A stretch of 64,000 bases of DNA from an uncultured Gemmatimonadaceae bacterium. Its GTDB lineage: Bacteria > Gemmatimonadota > Gemmatimonadetes > Gemmatimonadales > GWC2-71-9. A model generated the notes under the pieces. That model saw only the letters and a program-made list of their open reading frames with translations, was not told the origin of the DNA and made no database searches. The position numbers and the translations under genes were made by a program. This document shows, one piece after another, positions 36,406-46,553 of the stretch (within the stretch, counting starts at the first letter, position 1; each line of letters starts with the position of its first letter). Location: contig CAYGBV010000064.1 of NCBI GenBank assembly GCA_964348295.1, positions 91,739 through 155,738 on the forward strand, read 5' to 3'.

Positions 36406-37395
36406 CTACCGCTCCACCTCGCCTCGCGACTGCACCCCCCTCACCGCCGCCTCGATCAGCCTGTACGCGGCCTGTAGAGACTTTCCGTCGGGGTCTCGCT
36501 CGTTCGCCGGGGTCGAGGCGACGCCGAGCGCGGCTACCTTCTCGTACGCGAACATCGCGGTGATCGCCGCAGCCAGCTCAGCACTGCTCGGGCCGTCCTG
36601 TACCGTCAACGGGTGGCCGGCCACTTCGTCCGGATCCAGCACGTCCATGTCCACGTGCACGTAGATGACATCGGTCAGTTCCGAGAGGCGAAGCATCTGC
36701 ACGTGGATCTGGTCGGACATCGTGCGGATGTCGTCCACCGAGAGCAGCTGCACGGCGGACGCGTCGAGGAGCTCTCGCTCCAGTGGATCGAGGTCGCGCA
36801 CTGCGGCCATTACGATGCGCTCGGTCGGGATCGCCGGGTCGAGCCCGGATTTGAGTCTCAGGTTCTCGAGTGCCAGGCCCGCCGCCACCGCCACCGGCAT
36901 CCCGCCCAACATCCCGCTCAGCGTGGTCTCGGGCGTGTTGAAATCGCCGTGGGCGTCGACGAACACCAGGCCCACCCGCCGCGGCTCCGCCGTCGCGTGC
37001 TGCAGGCCGCCGAGCACACCCAGGAGGGAGGTGCAGTTGGCCAGCAACCCGACCGAGAGGTGTCCCTTGCGCGCATTGGCGGCCACGATGTCGGCCAGGT
37101 GACCGTTCGCCAGGCCCATGCGGTGCCACTCGCCGTACTGTGTCTGTTCGTCCGCCGTGAGCTCGACCTCGGCGATCCCCTTGACCGTGGCGCCGAGGCG
37201 CGCAAGCCGGTCGGCGATGCCGCCGCTCTCCAGGTAGCCGGGCACGGGCGAGAGCTCCGCGACGTTGCGGGCCCCGGTATAGGGCATCTTGACCAGCGCC
37301 ACCTGCACGGCGCCGGTGGAGTCTTTGAACTGCTGGGCTTGGGTCGTCATGGTAACGAGCAGGGCGAGCGCGAGGCACCCGAGAGTTCTGATCAC
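36406..37395 (-). CDS. arginase/agmatinase/formiminoglutamase-family metallohydrolase, secreted
   Basis: Mn-ligand motifs VFVDAHGDFNTPE and VHVDMDVLDPDE. GTG 37395 is followed by a signal-like LGCLALALLVTMTTQA. Confidence 0.8.
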   Translation of the reverse strand: MIRTLGCLALALLVTMTTQAQQFKDSTGAVQVALVKMPYTGARNVAELSPVPGYLESGGIADRLARLGATVKGIAEVELTADEQTQYGEWHRMGLANGHLADIVAANARKGHLSVGLLANCTSLLGVLGGLQHATAEPRRVGLVFVDAHGDFNTPETTLSGMLGGMPVAVAAGLALENLRLKSGLDPAIPTERIVMAAVRDLDPLERELLDASAVQLLSVDDIRTMSDQIHVQMLRLSELTDVIYVHVDMDVLDPDEVAGHPLTVQDGPSSAELAAAITAMFAYEKVAALGVASTPANERDPDGKSLQAAYRLIEAAVRGVQSRGEVER

Positions 37396-37683
37396 CGGGC
37401 CGCTCCTTGCGATGGTGGTGGGTTGAGGCCGATACCGGCTTGCGGTTCGAAGGTAGTCGTTGGAGCGGCCTCGCGGCCACCCGCCGTGAGCCTTGCGAGC
37501 GCAGCACGTGCTAACATCTTGTGGCAAGTAGGGTTAGCTCTTGTCGCCTTTGCGGGTACATCCTCGGCCACACTGGAGGCGTGGCCGCCACCCGTGGACG
37601 TGGCCAAGGGGAAATGACTGCGGCAGGGAACCGCCCCACTCCGGCGTGGGTTAGCCAACGAAACCCACAACAAGGAGGCGCCC

Positions 37684-38433
37684 ATGAACAACCGAGAGTG
37701 GGCCGAGTGGTCATTCCTGGCCCTGGCCGCGCTGGTCCTTCACGCGGGGACCGCCGTCGCACAGCTCCCCAACCCCGGCATGGAGATCGACCCCGAGCGC
37801 ACCGCCATCGTAGTCACGGACCCACAGAATGACTTCCTGAGTCCGGACGGTGTGACCTGGGGCGTGGTGGGTGAGAGCGTGACGGAGAACAACACGATCG
37901 CCAATATCGACCGGCTGATGCGCGCAGCCAAGGACGGCGGATACGAGCTGTTCGTGTCGCCCCACTACTACTACCCCACCGACCACGGCTGGAAGTTCGG
38001 CGGGGCGCTGGAAGTCCTGATGCACAACATCGGCATGTTCGATCGCTCGTCGCCGCTGAGTCTCGAAGGCTTCGAGGGCTCGGGAGCCGACTGGCTCGCG
38101 CAGTACAAGGGCTACATCGAGGATGGGAGCACCGTCGTGGCGAGCCCGCACAAGGTCTACGGCCCCGAGACCAACGACCTCGTGTTGCAGTTGCGCAAGC
38201 GGGGAATCGACAAGGTAATCCTCGCAGGCATGTCGGCGAACCTGTGCGTCGAGGCGCACATGCGGGAGCTGCTGGAGCAGGGGTTCGAGGTCGCAGTCGT
38301 GACCGACGCCACGGCCGCGGCGAAGGTGCCGGATGGTAACGGCTACGCGTCGGCCATGACCAACTTCCGGTTCATGGCGAACACGACGTGGACGACCGAC
38401 GAGGCGGTCGAAGCGCTGGCCAACGGTCACTAG
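37684..38433 (+). CDS. isochorismatase-family cysteine hydrolase, secreted
   Basis: TAIVVTDPQNDF (catalytic Asp region), ILAGMSANLCVE (catalytic Cys) and a signal peptide. Confidence 0.8.
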   Translation: MNNREWAEWSFLALAALVLHAGTAVAQLPNPGMEIDPERTAIVVTDPQNDFLSPDGVTWGVVGESVTENNTIANIDRLMRAAKDGGYELFVSPHYYYPTDHGWKFGGALEVLMHNIGMFDRSSPLSLEGFEGSGADWLAQYKGYIEDGSTVVASPHKVYGPETNDLVLQLRKRGIDKVILAGMSANLCVEAHMRELLEQGFEVAVVTDATAAAKVPDGNGYASAMTNFRFMANTTWTTDEAVEALANGH

Positions 38434-38695
38434 ACATACCGCACCCTAGTTCTGTCGCCCCTCGCCGCATCGCTTAGTGACGCGGTGGGGGGCGCCGCTC
38501 TTCAGCCCCGATCTGGAAACCGGACAGATCAGATCAATGTGATCAACCAGAGGTAGAGAAGAGACACCGGCGCAACCACGTGCACGCACGAGGCGTCTTA
38601 CAATTGGGTGGCTCGACTCATGTGTGGTTGGCATGGAGGGAGTCTCGCACTTGGTGCGGCAAGCCCTTCATGAGTGCGTCGCACGGGGGGTGATC

Positions 38696-39061
38696 ATGAG
38701 ACTAGTGATTGGAGTCTCCGTCTGCCTTCTCACCGCCGGCTGCATCCAGGCAGACGTGCGGCGATTGGATCAGGCCGTGCGTCCGGCCCGATCACCCGAC
38801 GAGGTCACGGTGCTCCAGGCGGAGCCGCAACAGCCATACGCGGTCATCGCTGTCGTCGAGTCGAGGACCGATGCGCTGTTCCGGAGTTTCGACGATCTAC
38901 GCCAGAGGATGATCGCCGAAGCAGCGCAGCTTGGGGGGGATGCCCTTATCGTGGGGCCCGAATCCACCAAGTCGACGTTCATCTTGGTCCCACCGGCCAT
39001 GATCCGATCAGATCAGAAGCGATTGACCGGGAAAATCATCGTGCTCGAGCGGGGACCGTGA
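38696..39061 (+). CDS. small lipoprotein, unknown function
   Basis: Lipobox LLTAGC after MRLVIGVSVC. GC3 is high. Confidence 0.6.
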   Translation: MRLVIGVSVCLLTAGCIQADVRRLDQAVRPARSPDEVTVLQAEPQQPYAVIAVVESRTDALFRSFDDLRQRMIAEAAQLGGDALIVGPESTKSTFILVPPAMIRSDQKRLTGKIIVLERGP

Positions 39062-39116
39062 CGTAGGCGTCGGGTAGGCCGGAATCGCGACCGCCGCCAG
39101 GCTGCTAGCGACGGGA

Positions 39117-40331
39117 CTATCTCCTGCGGGCGCCGCCCCTCCGCGGCCTCACCGACCGTCCCTGGCGTGGCGGCATCTTGGGCCGGTGCTCTGGCTGGAT
39201 CGGCGCGACGGCCGGCTCGAAGCCCGGCAGGACCTCACGAGGGAAGCTCCGCCCCATGAGCTTCTCGACGTCTCGCATCATCAACCATTCGTCCGGAGAC
39301 ATGAGCGTCAACGCCACTCCCTGCGCACCCGCTCGGGCCGTCCGGCCCACGCGATGAACGTAGACCTCCGGGTCCCTGGGTACGTCGTAGTTCACCACCA
39401 TGGCGATGTCGTCGACGTCGATACCGCGGGCGGCAACGTCGGTAGCGACGAGTATGCGGGTCGTGCCCTCCTTGAACCGGTCGAGGGCCCTGTTGCGGGC
39501 GATCTGCGTCTTGCCGCCGTGCAAAGACGTAACGGCGTTGCCCTGGCGGCGCAGCTGGCGGGTGAGCTTTTCCGCTCCGTGCTTGGTGCGCGTGAATACC
39601 AGCGTGCGGCCTTGCGGTAACTCCGCCAGCATCTTGGCGAGCACGCTGCGCTTCTCGGACCTGTCCACGGCTACCAGGACGTGTTCCACCCCGTCGGCGG
39701 CCTCGGCACGCCGACCGATCTCTACTGCTGCGTGCTCCTTCAAGGCGCGCCGAGCGAGGCGGTCCACGTCCCCGGAGATGGTGGCCGAGAAGAACAGGGT
39801 CTGACGCTCGGCAGGTACGGAATCGAGTATGCGGCGGACGTCTGGCGCGAAGCCCATGTCGAGCATGCGGTCCGCCTCGTCGAGGACTAGCACTTCGAGC
39901 TTGGAGCTGTCCACGTGTCCGCGGCCCATGTGGTCCAGCAGGCGTCCGGGTGTCGCGATCACGATGTCGACACCCCTCCTGAGCGCGCGTGTCTGGGGCT
40001 CCATCCCGACGCCACCGTAGATCGCGACGGCGTGCAACCCGGTGTGGCGGCCGTAGGCCCGCGCGCTGTTCAACACCTGCTCGGCCAGCTCACGGGTCGG
40101 CACCAGCACGAGCGCCCTGAGCGTGCCGCGCGGGCCGGTCTCGAGACGCTGCAGTATCGGCAGCAGAAACGCCGCCGTCTTGCCGGTTCCCGTCTGGGCG
40201 GAACCGACCAGATCGCGGCCTTCCAGGCCGACCGGGATCGCTTGCTTCTGAATCGGGGTGGGCTCCTCGTAGCCCTGCTCTTCGAGAGCCCGCAACAGTC
40301 TGGGCGCGAGGCCCAGTGATTCGAACGACAT
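39117..40331 (-). CDS. rhlE: DEAD-box ATP-dependent RNA helicase (RhlE-like) with Arg-rich tail
   Basis: Q-motif region plus AQTGTGKTAAF, PTRELA, DEAD, SAT and HRVGRTARAG. Confidence 0.9.
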   Translation of the reverse strand: MSFESLGLAPRLLRALEEQGYEEPTPIQKQAIPVGLEGRDLVGSAQTGTGKTAAFLLPILQRLETGPRGTLRALVLVPTRELAEQVLNSARAYGRHTGLHAVAIYGGVGMEPQTRALRRGVDIVIATPGRLLDHMGRGHVDSSKLEVLVLDEADRMLDMGFAPDVRRILDSVPAERQTLFFSATISGDVDRLARRALKEHAAVEIGRRAEAADGVEHVLVAVDRSEKRSVLAKMLAELPQGRTLVFTRTKHGAEKLTRQLRRQGNAVTSLHGGKTQIARNRALDRFKEGTTRILVATDVAARGIDVDDIAMVVNYDVPRDPEVYVHRVGRTARAGAQGVALTLMSPDEWLMMRDVEKLMGRSFPREVLPGFEPAVAPIQPEHRPKMPPRQGRSVRPRRGGARRR

Positions 40332-40586
40332 CGTTTGGAGACACTCCTCACGGTGTATGCACATGCGTACGGGGCGACACCTGTGTCGCCGGAACGCGAT
40401 GCTCTCGTTGTCTGAACCTGAGGAGTGAATCGACGTGCGGCGCGCCGCTATCCAATCCTAAGCGGGGACCGTCTGCGGAAGGCGAGAAGATACCAGCTTG
40501 CGGTTCGTCTTACGGGGAGAAAGGTACTCGGGAATGTGAGTAGGCGCCAGCCCGCGGGCGTGAGCGACTTCTCGGGTGGGCGTCCC

Positions 40587-40886
40587 TCACAGCAAGTCGT
40601 CGATGGAGCAGCCCTCCACTTGCCCATCGATGATGCGTCGCCCGAACTCACAGCAGCCCGCGATGGCCTCCTCTTCCGTGGCGTACGTGGTGGGGCCGCT
40701 GAAGGACCGCACGGCCATCGGACCGCGAATCAGCAGATCGAGCGTCCAGCGTCCGGACCCGCGTATCTGAAACGTACGCGCCGTGATTGTGAAGCCCTTA
40801 TAGGAGGTAGGAGCCAACAGGAGATCCGAGTAGGGGACACTTGAAGTATACCGCTTGTGTCGGCGGAAGGGTGAGACCGCCGCCAC
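40587..40886 (-). CDS. small hypothetical protein (about 80-99 aa)
   Basis: GC3 is high in the C-terminal two thirds. The sequence includes ...YKGFTITARTFQIRGSGRWTLDLLIRG...TTYATEEEAIAGCCEFGRRIIDG. The start is uncertain (GTG 40886, with no SD). Confidence 0.5.
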   Translation of the reverse strand: MAAVSPFRRHKRYTSSVPYSDLLLAPTSYKGFTITARTFQIRGSGRWTLDLLIRGPMAVRSFSGPTTYATEEEAIAGCCEFGRRIIDGQVEGCSIDDLL

Positions 40887-40956
40887 TCACGGCGCCTTGC
40901 TGCTATCTTTTGAGGGGTCCACCACTGCTTCACCACACCTTCTGGGAATCCTGCTG

Positions 40957-43683
40957 ATGGCACGCAGAGCCATTGCATTGATCGTTCTGCTGGCGGCCGT
41001 TCTCCTCGTCCTCATCGGCCTTCCGGCGCTCATCAGACTCGTCGCGGACTGGTACTGGTTCACGGCGGTTCAATTCGAGTCCGTGTTTTTCACCGCCCTG
41101 TGGACCAAGCTGGTGGTTGGGTTCGTGGTGGGACTCATCGTCTTCGCCTTCTTCGTGCTCAACCTCCGCTTCACCCAGCGCGGTCTGGTGCCCGACGGAG
41201 TCATCGCCAACCTGCGTGCCAGCCTGCCTCGCGTAGATCTCACGCGGCTGCTGCGACTGTTGGTGTGGCCGGTTGCCGCACTGTTCGCGTTCCTGTTCGG
41301 CGCCGCGGCCTCGAGCGCCTGGCTCACGCTGCTGCAATTCCTCCATCGGACGTCGTTCGACGTTGCCGAGCCCGTGTTCGGCCGGGACGTCGGGTATTAC
41401 GTCTTCACGCTCCCCACGGTCGCGGTAGCCATCGGGCTGCTGATCACGGTCACCGTGATCGCGCTCGCGGTCACGTCAGCCCTGTACTTCATCCGGCGCG
41501 ACATAGTGATTCGCGGTCGGCGCGTGATGATCGAGCGTTCGGCGGAGCTCCACCTCGCGCTCCTGATCGCACTGTTGTTTGTCGGAACTGCAGTAAATGT
41601 CTGGTTTGTGCGGATTCCGTCGCTGCTTTACTCAACGACCGGGCCCCTGCTTGGGGCGAGCTACAGCGACTTGGCCGTGCAGGTACCGATGCTGCGAATC
41701 GCGGCCGTCGTGGCGCTGCTCGCGGCGGCGTTCGTGGTGGTCGGAGCACGCGGCCGACATCTGGTACGCAACACTGCTATCGGAATAGTGGCGTACATAG
41801 CGGTCGGCATCGTGGGCGCGCTCGCCACTACTGCGATCCAGCGCCTGGTGGTCATTCCCAACGAACTCGTGAAGGAGACGCCCCAACTCCAGCACCACAT
41901 CGCGGCGACGCAGCGCGCATGGGGGCTCGACGGGGTCACGATCCGCGATCTGAGCGGTGAGTCCAGACTCACGCTCGCGGACATCGAGGCCAACAGCGGC
42001 ACGATCGCGAACGTCCGGCTGTGGGATCGGGAGCCGCTGCTGCAGACTTTCGGACAGCTGCAGGAGATCCGCACCTACTACGACTTCGTGTCGGTGGATG
42101 ACGATCGCTACTGGATCGACAACCAGTACCGGCAGGTGCTGCTCTCCCCGCGGGAACTCAATTCGGCGTCGTTGCCCACGCGGACCTTCATCAACGAGCG
42201 GCTCACCTTCACCCACGGCATGGGGCTCACACTGGGTCCCGTGAACGCGGTGACGCTGCAGGGTCTGCCGGTTCTGTTCATCAAGGACCTGCCGCCCGCC
42301 TCGGACGTCTCGCTCGAGGTCACGCGTCCCGGCATCTACTACGGCGAGATGTCGAGCGACTACGTGTTCGTGAACACCGGACAGGAGGAGTTCGATTATC
42401 CGTCGGACGAGGGGAACGTATTCACGGAGTACGCGGGCACGGGGGGCGTGCCGGTCTCGTCGCTGTTGCGGCGGGTGATTCTCAGCGCGCACTTCGGCTC
42501 CATGAAGATCTTGTTCTCGCAAGACATCGGGAGCGAGAGTCGCGTGCTGTACCATCGCAACATTCGGGAGCGGGCGGTGAAGGCGCTCCCGTTCCTGCGC
42601 TGGGACAGCGATCCCTACCTGGTGATCACCGAGGCGGGACACCTGAAGTGGATCCTGGATGCCTACACCGCGAGCGGGCGCTACCCGTACTCGCAGCGGC
42701 TCAGGGACGGCACGAGCTACATGCGCAACAGCGTGAAGGTCGTGATCGACGCGTACGACGGGGATGTGAGGGCGTACATTGCCGATCCCGCCGATCCGCT
42801 GATCCAGACGTACGCCAAGATCTTCAGCGGGATCTTCCTCCCGATCGACGAGATGCCGGCCGACGTGCGGGCGCACGTGCGCTACCCCGAGGATCTGTTC
42901 CGCGTCCAGACCACGCTGTACACGACGTATCACATGAGCGAGCCGGCGGTGTTCTACCACCGCGAGGACCAGTGGCAGATTCCGGCGCTGGCGCGGGGGG
43001 AGGAGGGAAGGGACCGGTTCATGCGGCACATCATCATGAGGCTGCCGGGGGAGACCCAGGAGGAGTTCATCCTCATGACGCCGTTCACCCCGCGGGGGAA
43101 GGACAACCTCTCGGCCTGGATGGTGGCGCGCAACGACGGCGAGCACTACGGGCAGATCGTCGTGTACCGCTTCCCCAGGCAGAGCCTCGTATTCGGCCCG
43201 ACCCAGGTTGTGAATCGGATCAATCAGGACACCGAGATCTCCCGCCAGGTCTCCCTGTGGGACCAACGCGGATCGCAAGTGATCCGCGGCAACCTGCTGG
43301 TCATACCCATCGAGGAGTCACTGATCTTCGTGCAGGCCCTCTACCTGCGTGCAGAAGGCGGCCGGATCCCCGAGCTCAAGCGCGTCATCGTTGCCTATGA
43401 GAATGAGGTGGTGATGGAGGAGACGCTGGATCGGAGCCTCGCGCGCTTGTTCGGTGGTCTGCCGGCGGGTGAGACGCAGCCCGCGCTGCTAGCCGCGGCC
43501 GCCGCCACTGAGGAGGCCCCGGCCGCCGCGGGCGGCGTGACGGATCTGGTGCGACAGGCCGCGCAGCACTATGAGGCCGCCATCGCAGCACAGCGGAGAG
43601 GTGACTGGACACGTTACGGTGAAGAGATGCGCATGGTCGGCGAGCTGCTGCGGCGCCTGGCGGAGTTGACGGGAGAGCGCTGA
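40957..43683 (+). CDS. UPF0182-family large membrane protein
   Basis: N-terminal multi-TM region containing ADWYWFTAVQFESVFFT, followed by a large soluble region of about 900 aa total. The family call is from memory. Confidence 0.7.
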   Translation: MARRAIALIVLLAAVLLVLIGLPALIRLVADWYWFTAVQFESVFFTALWTKLVVGFVVGLIVFAFFVLNLRFTQRGLVPDGVIANLRASLPRVDLTRLLRLLVWPVAALFAFLFGAAASSAWLTLLQFLHRTSFDVAEPVFGRDVGYYVFTLPTVAVAIGLLITVTVIALAVTSALYFIRRDIVIRGRRVMIERSAELHLALLIALLFVGTAVNVWFVRIPSLLYSTTGPLLGASYSDLAVQVPMLRIAAVVALLAAAFVVVGARGRHLVRNTAIGIVAYIAVGIVGALATTAIQRLVVIPNELVKETPQLQHHIAATQRAWGLDGVTIRDLSGESRLTLADIEANSGTIANVRLWDREPLLQTFGQLQEIRTYYDFVSVDDDRYWIDNQYRQVLLSPRELNSASLPTRTFINERLTFTHGMGLTLGPVNAVTLQGLPVLFIKDLPPASDVSLEVTRPGIYYGEMSSDYVFVNTGQEEFDYPSDEGNVFTEYAGTGGVPVSSLLRRVILSAHFGSMKILFSQDIGSESRVLYHRNIRERAVKALPFLRWDSDPYLVITEAGHLKWILDAYTASGRYPYSQRLRDGTSYMRNSVKVVIDAYDGDVRAYIADPADPLIQTYAKIFSGIFLPIDEMPADVRAHVRYPEDLFRVQTTLYTTYHMSEPAVFYHREDQWQIPALARGEEGRDRFMRHIIMRLPGETQEEFILMTPFTPRGKDNLSAWMVARNDGEHYGQIVVYRFPRQSLVFGPTQVVNRINQDTEISRQVSLWDQRGSQVIRGNLLVIPIEESLIFVQALYLRAEGGRIPELKRVIVAYENEVVMEETLDRSLARLFGGLPAGETQPALLAAAAATEEAPAAAGGVTDLVRQAAQHYEAAIAAQRRGDWTRYGEEMRMVGELLRRLAELTGER

Positions 43684-43723
43684 GGGGAGCCGCACAGGAC
43701 GGCGCTCCGGCCTCGCTCCCCCG

Positions 43724-44503
43724 CTACTGCGTCGTCTGGCTGGGCGTCACCGGTTGCTCCCCGCCGCCCATCATCAGCTCCAGCCGCTCCAGCGGCACCT
43801 CACCCTTTGCCCAGTCTCCGAGCACCTTCCCAGTCCTCAGCACCACGAACCGATCTCCCACCGGGTAGGCGTGGTGGGGGTTGTGAGTGACGAAGACCAC
43901 AGCCACGCCCTGCTCTCTGAGTCGCGCCACGTAGCGCAGTGTGATGCTGGCCTGCTTAACACCCAGCGCCGCGGTGGGCTCGTCCAACAGCAGCACCCTC
44001 GCGCCGAAGTAAACCGCTCGGGCGATTGCCAAGGCCTGCCGCTCGCCGCCGGACAGGGTGCCCACCGGCTGCGAGGTGTCCCGCAGCTCGATCCCGATCT
44101 CGGCGAGCTGCTCGCGCGTCACGCGCTCGCAAAGCTCCACGTCGATGCGGCGCGTAGGTCCCCATCCCTTGGTCGGCTCTGATCCCAGGAAAAAATTGCG
44201 CCACGCGCTCATGAGCGGGACCATTGCCAGGTCCTGGTACACCGTCGCGATGCCCCGCTCCCGCGCATCGCGAGGGGAGTCGAAATCAACCACGTCACCA
44301 TCCACTAGGTACCGCCCCGCGGACGGCTTGTGCGCGCCGCACAGGATCTTGACGAGGGTCGACTTACCGGCCCCGTTGTCACCCAGGAGGCACGTCACCT
44401 CGCCGCGGCGCACCGACATTGAAACGTCCTCAATGGCGACCACGTGCCCGAAGTACTTGGACGCCCCCTCGACCTCCAGAAGTGGGGTGTCGTTGACCGT
44501 CAT
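43724..44503 (-). CDS. sugar ABC transporter ATP-binding protein (single cassette, FrcA-like)
   Basis: GDNGAGKST (Walker A), LSGGERQ (signature) and [11 protein letters not shown] (Walker B). ATG 44503 overlaps the permease stop (ATGA). Confidence 0.88.
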   Translation of the reverse strand: MTVNDTPLLEVEGASKYFGHVVAIEDVSMSVRRGEVTCLLGDNGAGKSTLVKILCGAHKPSAGRYLVDGDVVDFDSPRDARERGIATVYQDLAMVPLMSAWRNFFLGSEPTKGWGPTRRIDVELCERVTREQLAEIGIELRDTSQPVGTLSGGERQALAIARAVYFGARVLLLDEPTAALGVKQASITLRYVARLREQGVAVVFVTHNPHHAYPVGDRFVVLRTGKVLGDWAKGEVPLERLELMMGGGEQPVTPSQTTQ

Positions 44504-45513
44504 GTCACATCCAACGCCTTCTTGCGGATGTAGTTGTTGAAGACAACGGCCGTGACCAGCATCGCGCCCAAGAACACCCCGAACCAGTCGGCGTCCACGC
44601 CGGTCATGACGATACCTTGTCGCACCATCCCGAAGATCAAGGCCCCGAACAGAGCGCCGATCGCCGAGCCGTAGCCTCCCGTCAAGAGCGTCCCCCCGAT
44701 CACCACCGCTATGATGGCGCGGAACTCCTGGAGTTCCCCCCGTAGCGTGTCGGCACCGGTGAACCGCACGGCCTGGAGGATCGCGACCAAGCACGCGGCG
44801 AGCGCAGTCATCATGAAGAGGCCGATCTTCACGCGTGCCACCGGCACGCCCACGTTGCGCGCGGCATCGGGTGCACCGCCCGCCCCGAAGATCCAGTTGC
44901 CCCAACGGGTGCGCAGCAGCACCCAGGTGGCGAGCAGAGCGAGCCCAACCCACCAGATGATCGATACGCGGAAGGGCCCGATCGGGTTACTACCGAACAC
45001 GGCTTGCGCGAGTCCGTAGCCGGCTACCTCATCGAGCCCGCCGAGTTGGGTGCGCCCGGTGAGAAGTCGGGTCACGGCGATCGTGAGCCCGCGGACGATG
45101 AACAGAGTTCCGAGCGTCACGATGAACGACGGCAAGCCGGTCCGCACCACCAGGTAGCCGTTACCCAAACCGATTGCGAGGGCGAGTGCCGCGGTCACTA
45201 CTATGGCGGGCCAAAGCGTCCACCCGAAGTGCGTGGTCAGTAGCATGATCGACATCGAGGCCGCGCCGATGACCGAGCCCACCGACAGGTCAAACTCGCC
45301 TCCGATCATGAGGAGCGCGACGGCGACGGCAAGGATCCCGAGTGGGGCAGCGGCGTTGAGGTAGGATGCGGTACCGGCCGCGCTGCGGAACGGTGGCCCT
45401 GCCACGATCGCGAAGAACAACCAGACCGTGAGTGCGCCCACCAGGGCAACGAGCTCGGGGCGGCTCAAGAGCCTTCGCACTATGCTGATCCGCCGTCCGC
45501 GTTCGCCGCTCAT
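44500..45513 (-). CDS. sugar ABC transporter permease (RbsC/FrcC-like)
   Basis: A polytopic 337-aa protein with about 10 hydrophobic helices, sitting between the SBP and ATPase genes. Confidence 0.8.
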   Translation of the reverse strand: MSGERGRRISIVRRLLSRPELVALVGALTVWLFFAIVAGPPFRSAAGTASYLNAAAPLGILAVAVALLMIGGEFDLSVGSVIGAASMSIMLLTTHFGWTLWPAIVVTAALALAIGLGNGYLVVRTGLPSFIVTLGTLFIVRGLTIAVTRLLTGRTQLGGLDEVAGYGLAQAVFGSNPIGPFRVSIIWWVGLALLATWVLLRTRWGNWIFGAGGAPDAARNVGVPVARVKIGLFMMTALAACLVAILQAVRFTGADTLRGELQEFRAIIAVVIGGTLLTGGYGSAIGALFGALIFGMVRQGIVMTGVDADWFGVFLGAMLVTAVVFNNYIRKKALDVT

Positions 45514-45535
45514 CGTCGCTGAGGTGGCGGCTGTC

Positions 45536-46516
45536 CTATCGGACGCCCCGCTCCACCAGCCTCATGACGGCTGCCGCCGTTTCAGCCGTCACGAAGCCCG
45601 GACCGGTAGCGATCACCTCGCCGCTGCCGGGCAGGGCCCCGGTCTCCAGATACTTCGTCAGGAACACGACTGCCAAATACCCCTGGAGGTACTGCTGCTG
45701 ATCGATCGCGAACAGCATCTCGCGGTCCCGCACTGCCTCGAGCACGCGTGGTGAGAGGTCGAACGTTGCTGTCACGATGGTGCCGAGTCCACCTACGTCG
45801 TACAGGGCCGCTAAAGTGGGGTCGGCGCCAGCGGGCCCGAGTGCGAGGACGCCGTCAATCGCCCGGTCGGTGCGCAGCGCTCCTGCCACCCGCTGTTGCA
45901 CGTCGTCCGGGTCGGCGAGGTCTACGGCGAGCACCGCGGCCGATCCGGCCGCTCGCTCGAGTGCGTCTCGGAATCCGCTGCAGCGCAGGTCGAGCGACAC
46001 GTTCCCCACCTCGTGGTTCACGCACAGCCCGCGTGTCACCCCTGCTCGGGCCATGCGCTCGCCGGCGGCCACGCCTGCTTCGTACTCGCTCTGCCCCAAG
46101 TGCGCCAGCACGCCGAGATCCTTGTAGACATCGGCGCCCGAATTGATGGAGAGGACCGGGATTCCGGCCCGGACGGTGGCACGGATCGCAGAGGCCAGGG
46201 CGTTGGCGTCCGGGATCGAGACCACGAGCCCACTGGGCCGCGACGCCACCGCCGCATCGATCAGGTTGCTCATCTCCACCATGTCGAAGCGGCCGGGTGC
46301 CTGGTACTCAACACGGACGCCCAAGTCCCGCGCGGCGTCGTGGGCGCCATTGGCAACCACCGACCAGAAGGGGTCGGAAGATTGACCGTGGGTTACTACC
46401 ACGATGCGGAGCTCACGGCGGGCGGCGTCCTCAGCGGTTCTGCCACACGCCTCCGCTACGCATACCCCGCACAGCAGGGCAGCAGGCCACACTAGGTGAC
46501 TGACTCGCGGATGCAT
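45536..46516 (-). CDS. sugar ABC transporter periplasmic substrate-binding protein (type I PBP, RbsB-like)
   Basis: Signal peptide followed by [21 protein letters not shown]... and IPVLSINSG, typical of ribose/fructose-type binding proteins. Confidence 0.78.
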   Translation of the reverse strand: MHPRVSHLVWPAALLCGVCVAEACGRTAEDAARRELRIVVVTHGQSSDPFWSVVANGAHDAARDLGVRVEYQAPGRFDMVEMSNLIDAAVASRPSGLVVSIPDANALASAIRATVRAGIPVLSINSGADVYKDLGVLAHLGQSEYEAGVAAGERMARAGVTRGLCVNHEVGNVSLDLRCSGFRDALERAAGSAAVLAVDLADPDDVQQRVAGALRTDRAIDGVLALGPAGADPTLAALYDVGGLGTIVTATFDLSPRVLEAVRDREMLFAIDQQQYLQGYLAVVFLTKYLETGALPGSGEVIATGPGFVTAETAAAVMRLVERGVR

Positions 46517-46553
46517 GGATCCAGCGGGGTTCGTCGCGCTGTCTTCTCTAAGC

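Noticed and set aside
44504-44953. 150-aa N-terminal extension of the ABC ATPase ORF
   Set aside because: It overlaps the permease gene in another frame. ATG 44503 gives a canonical cassette of about 259 aa and an ATGA overlap with the permease stop.
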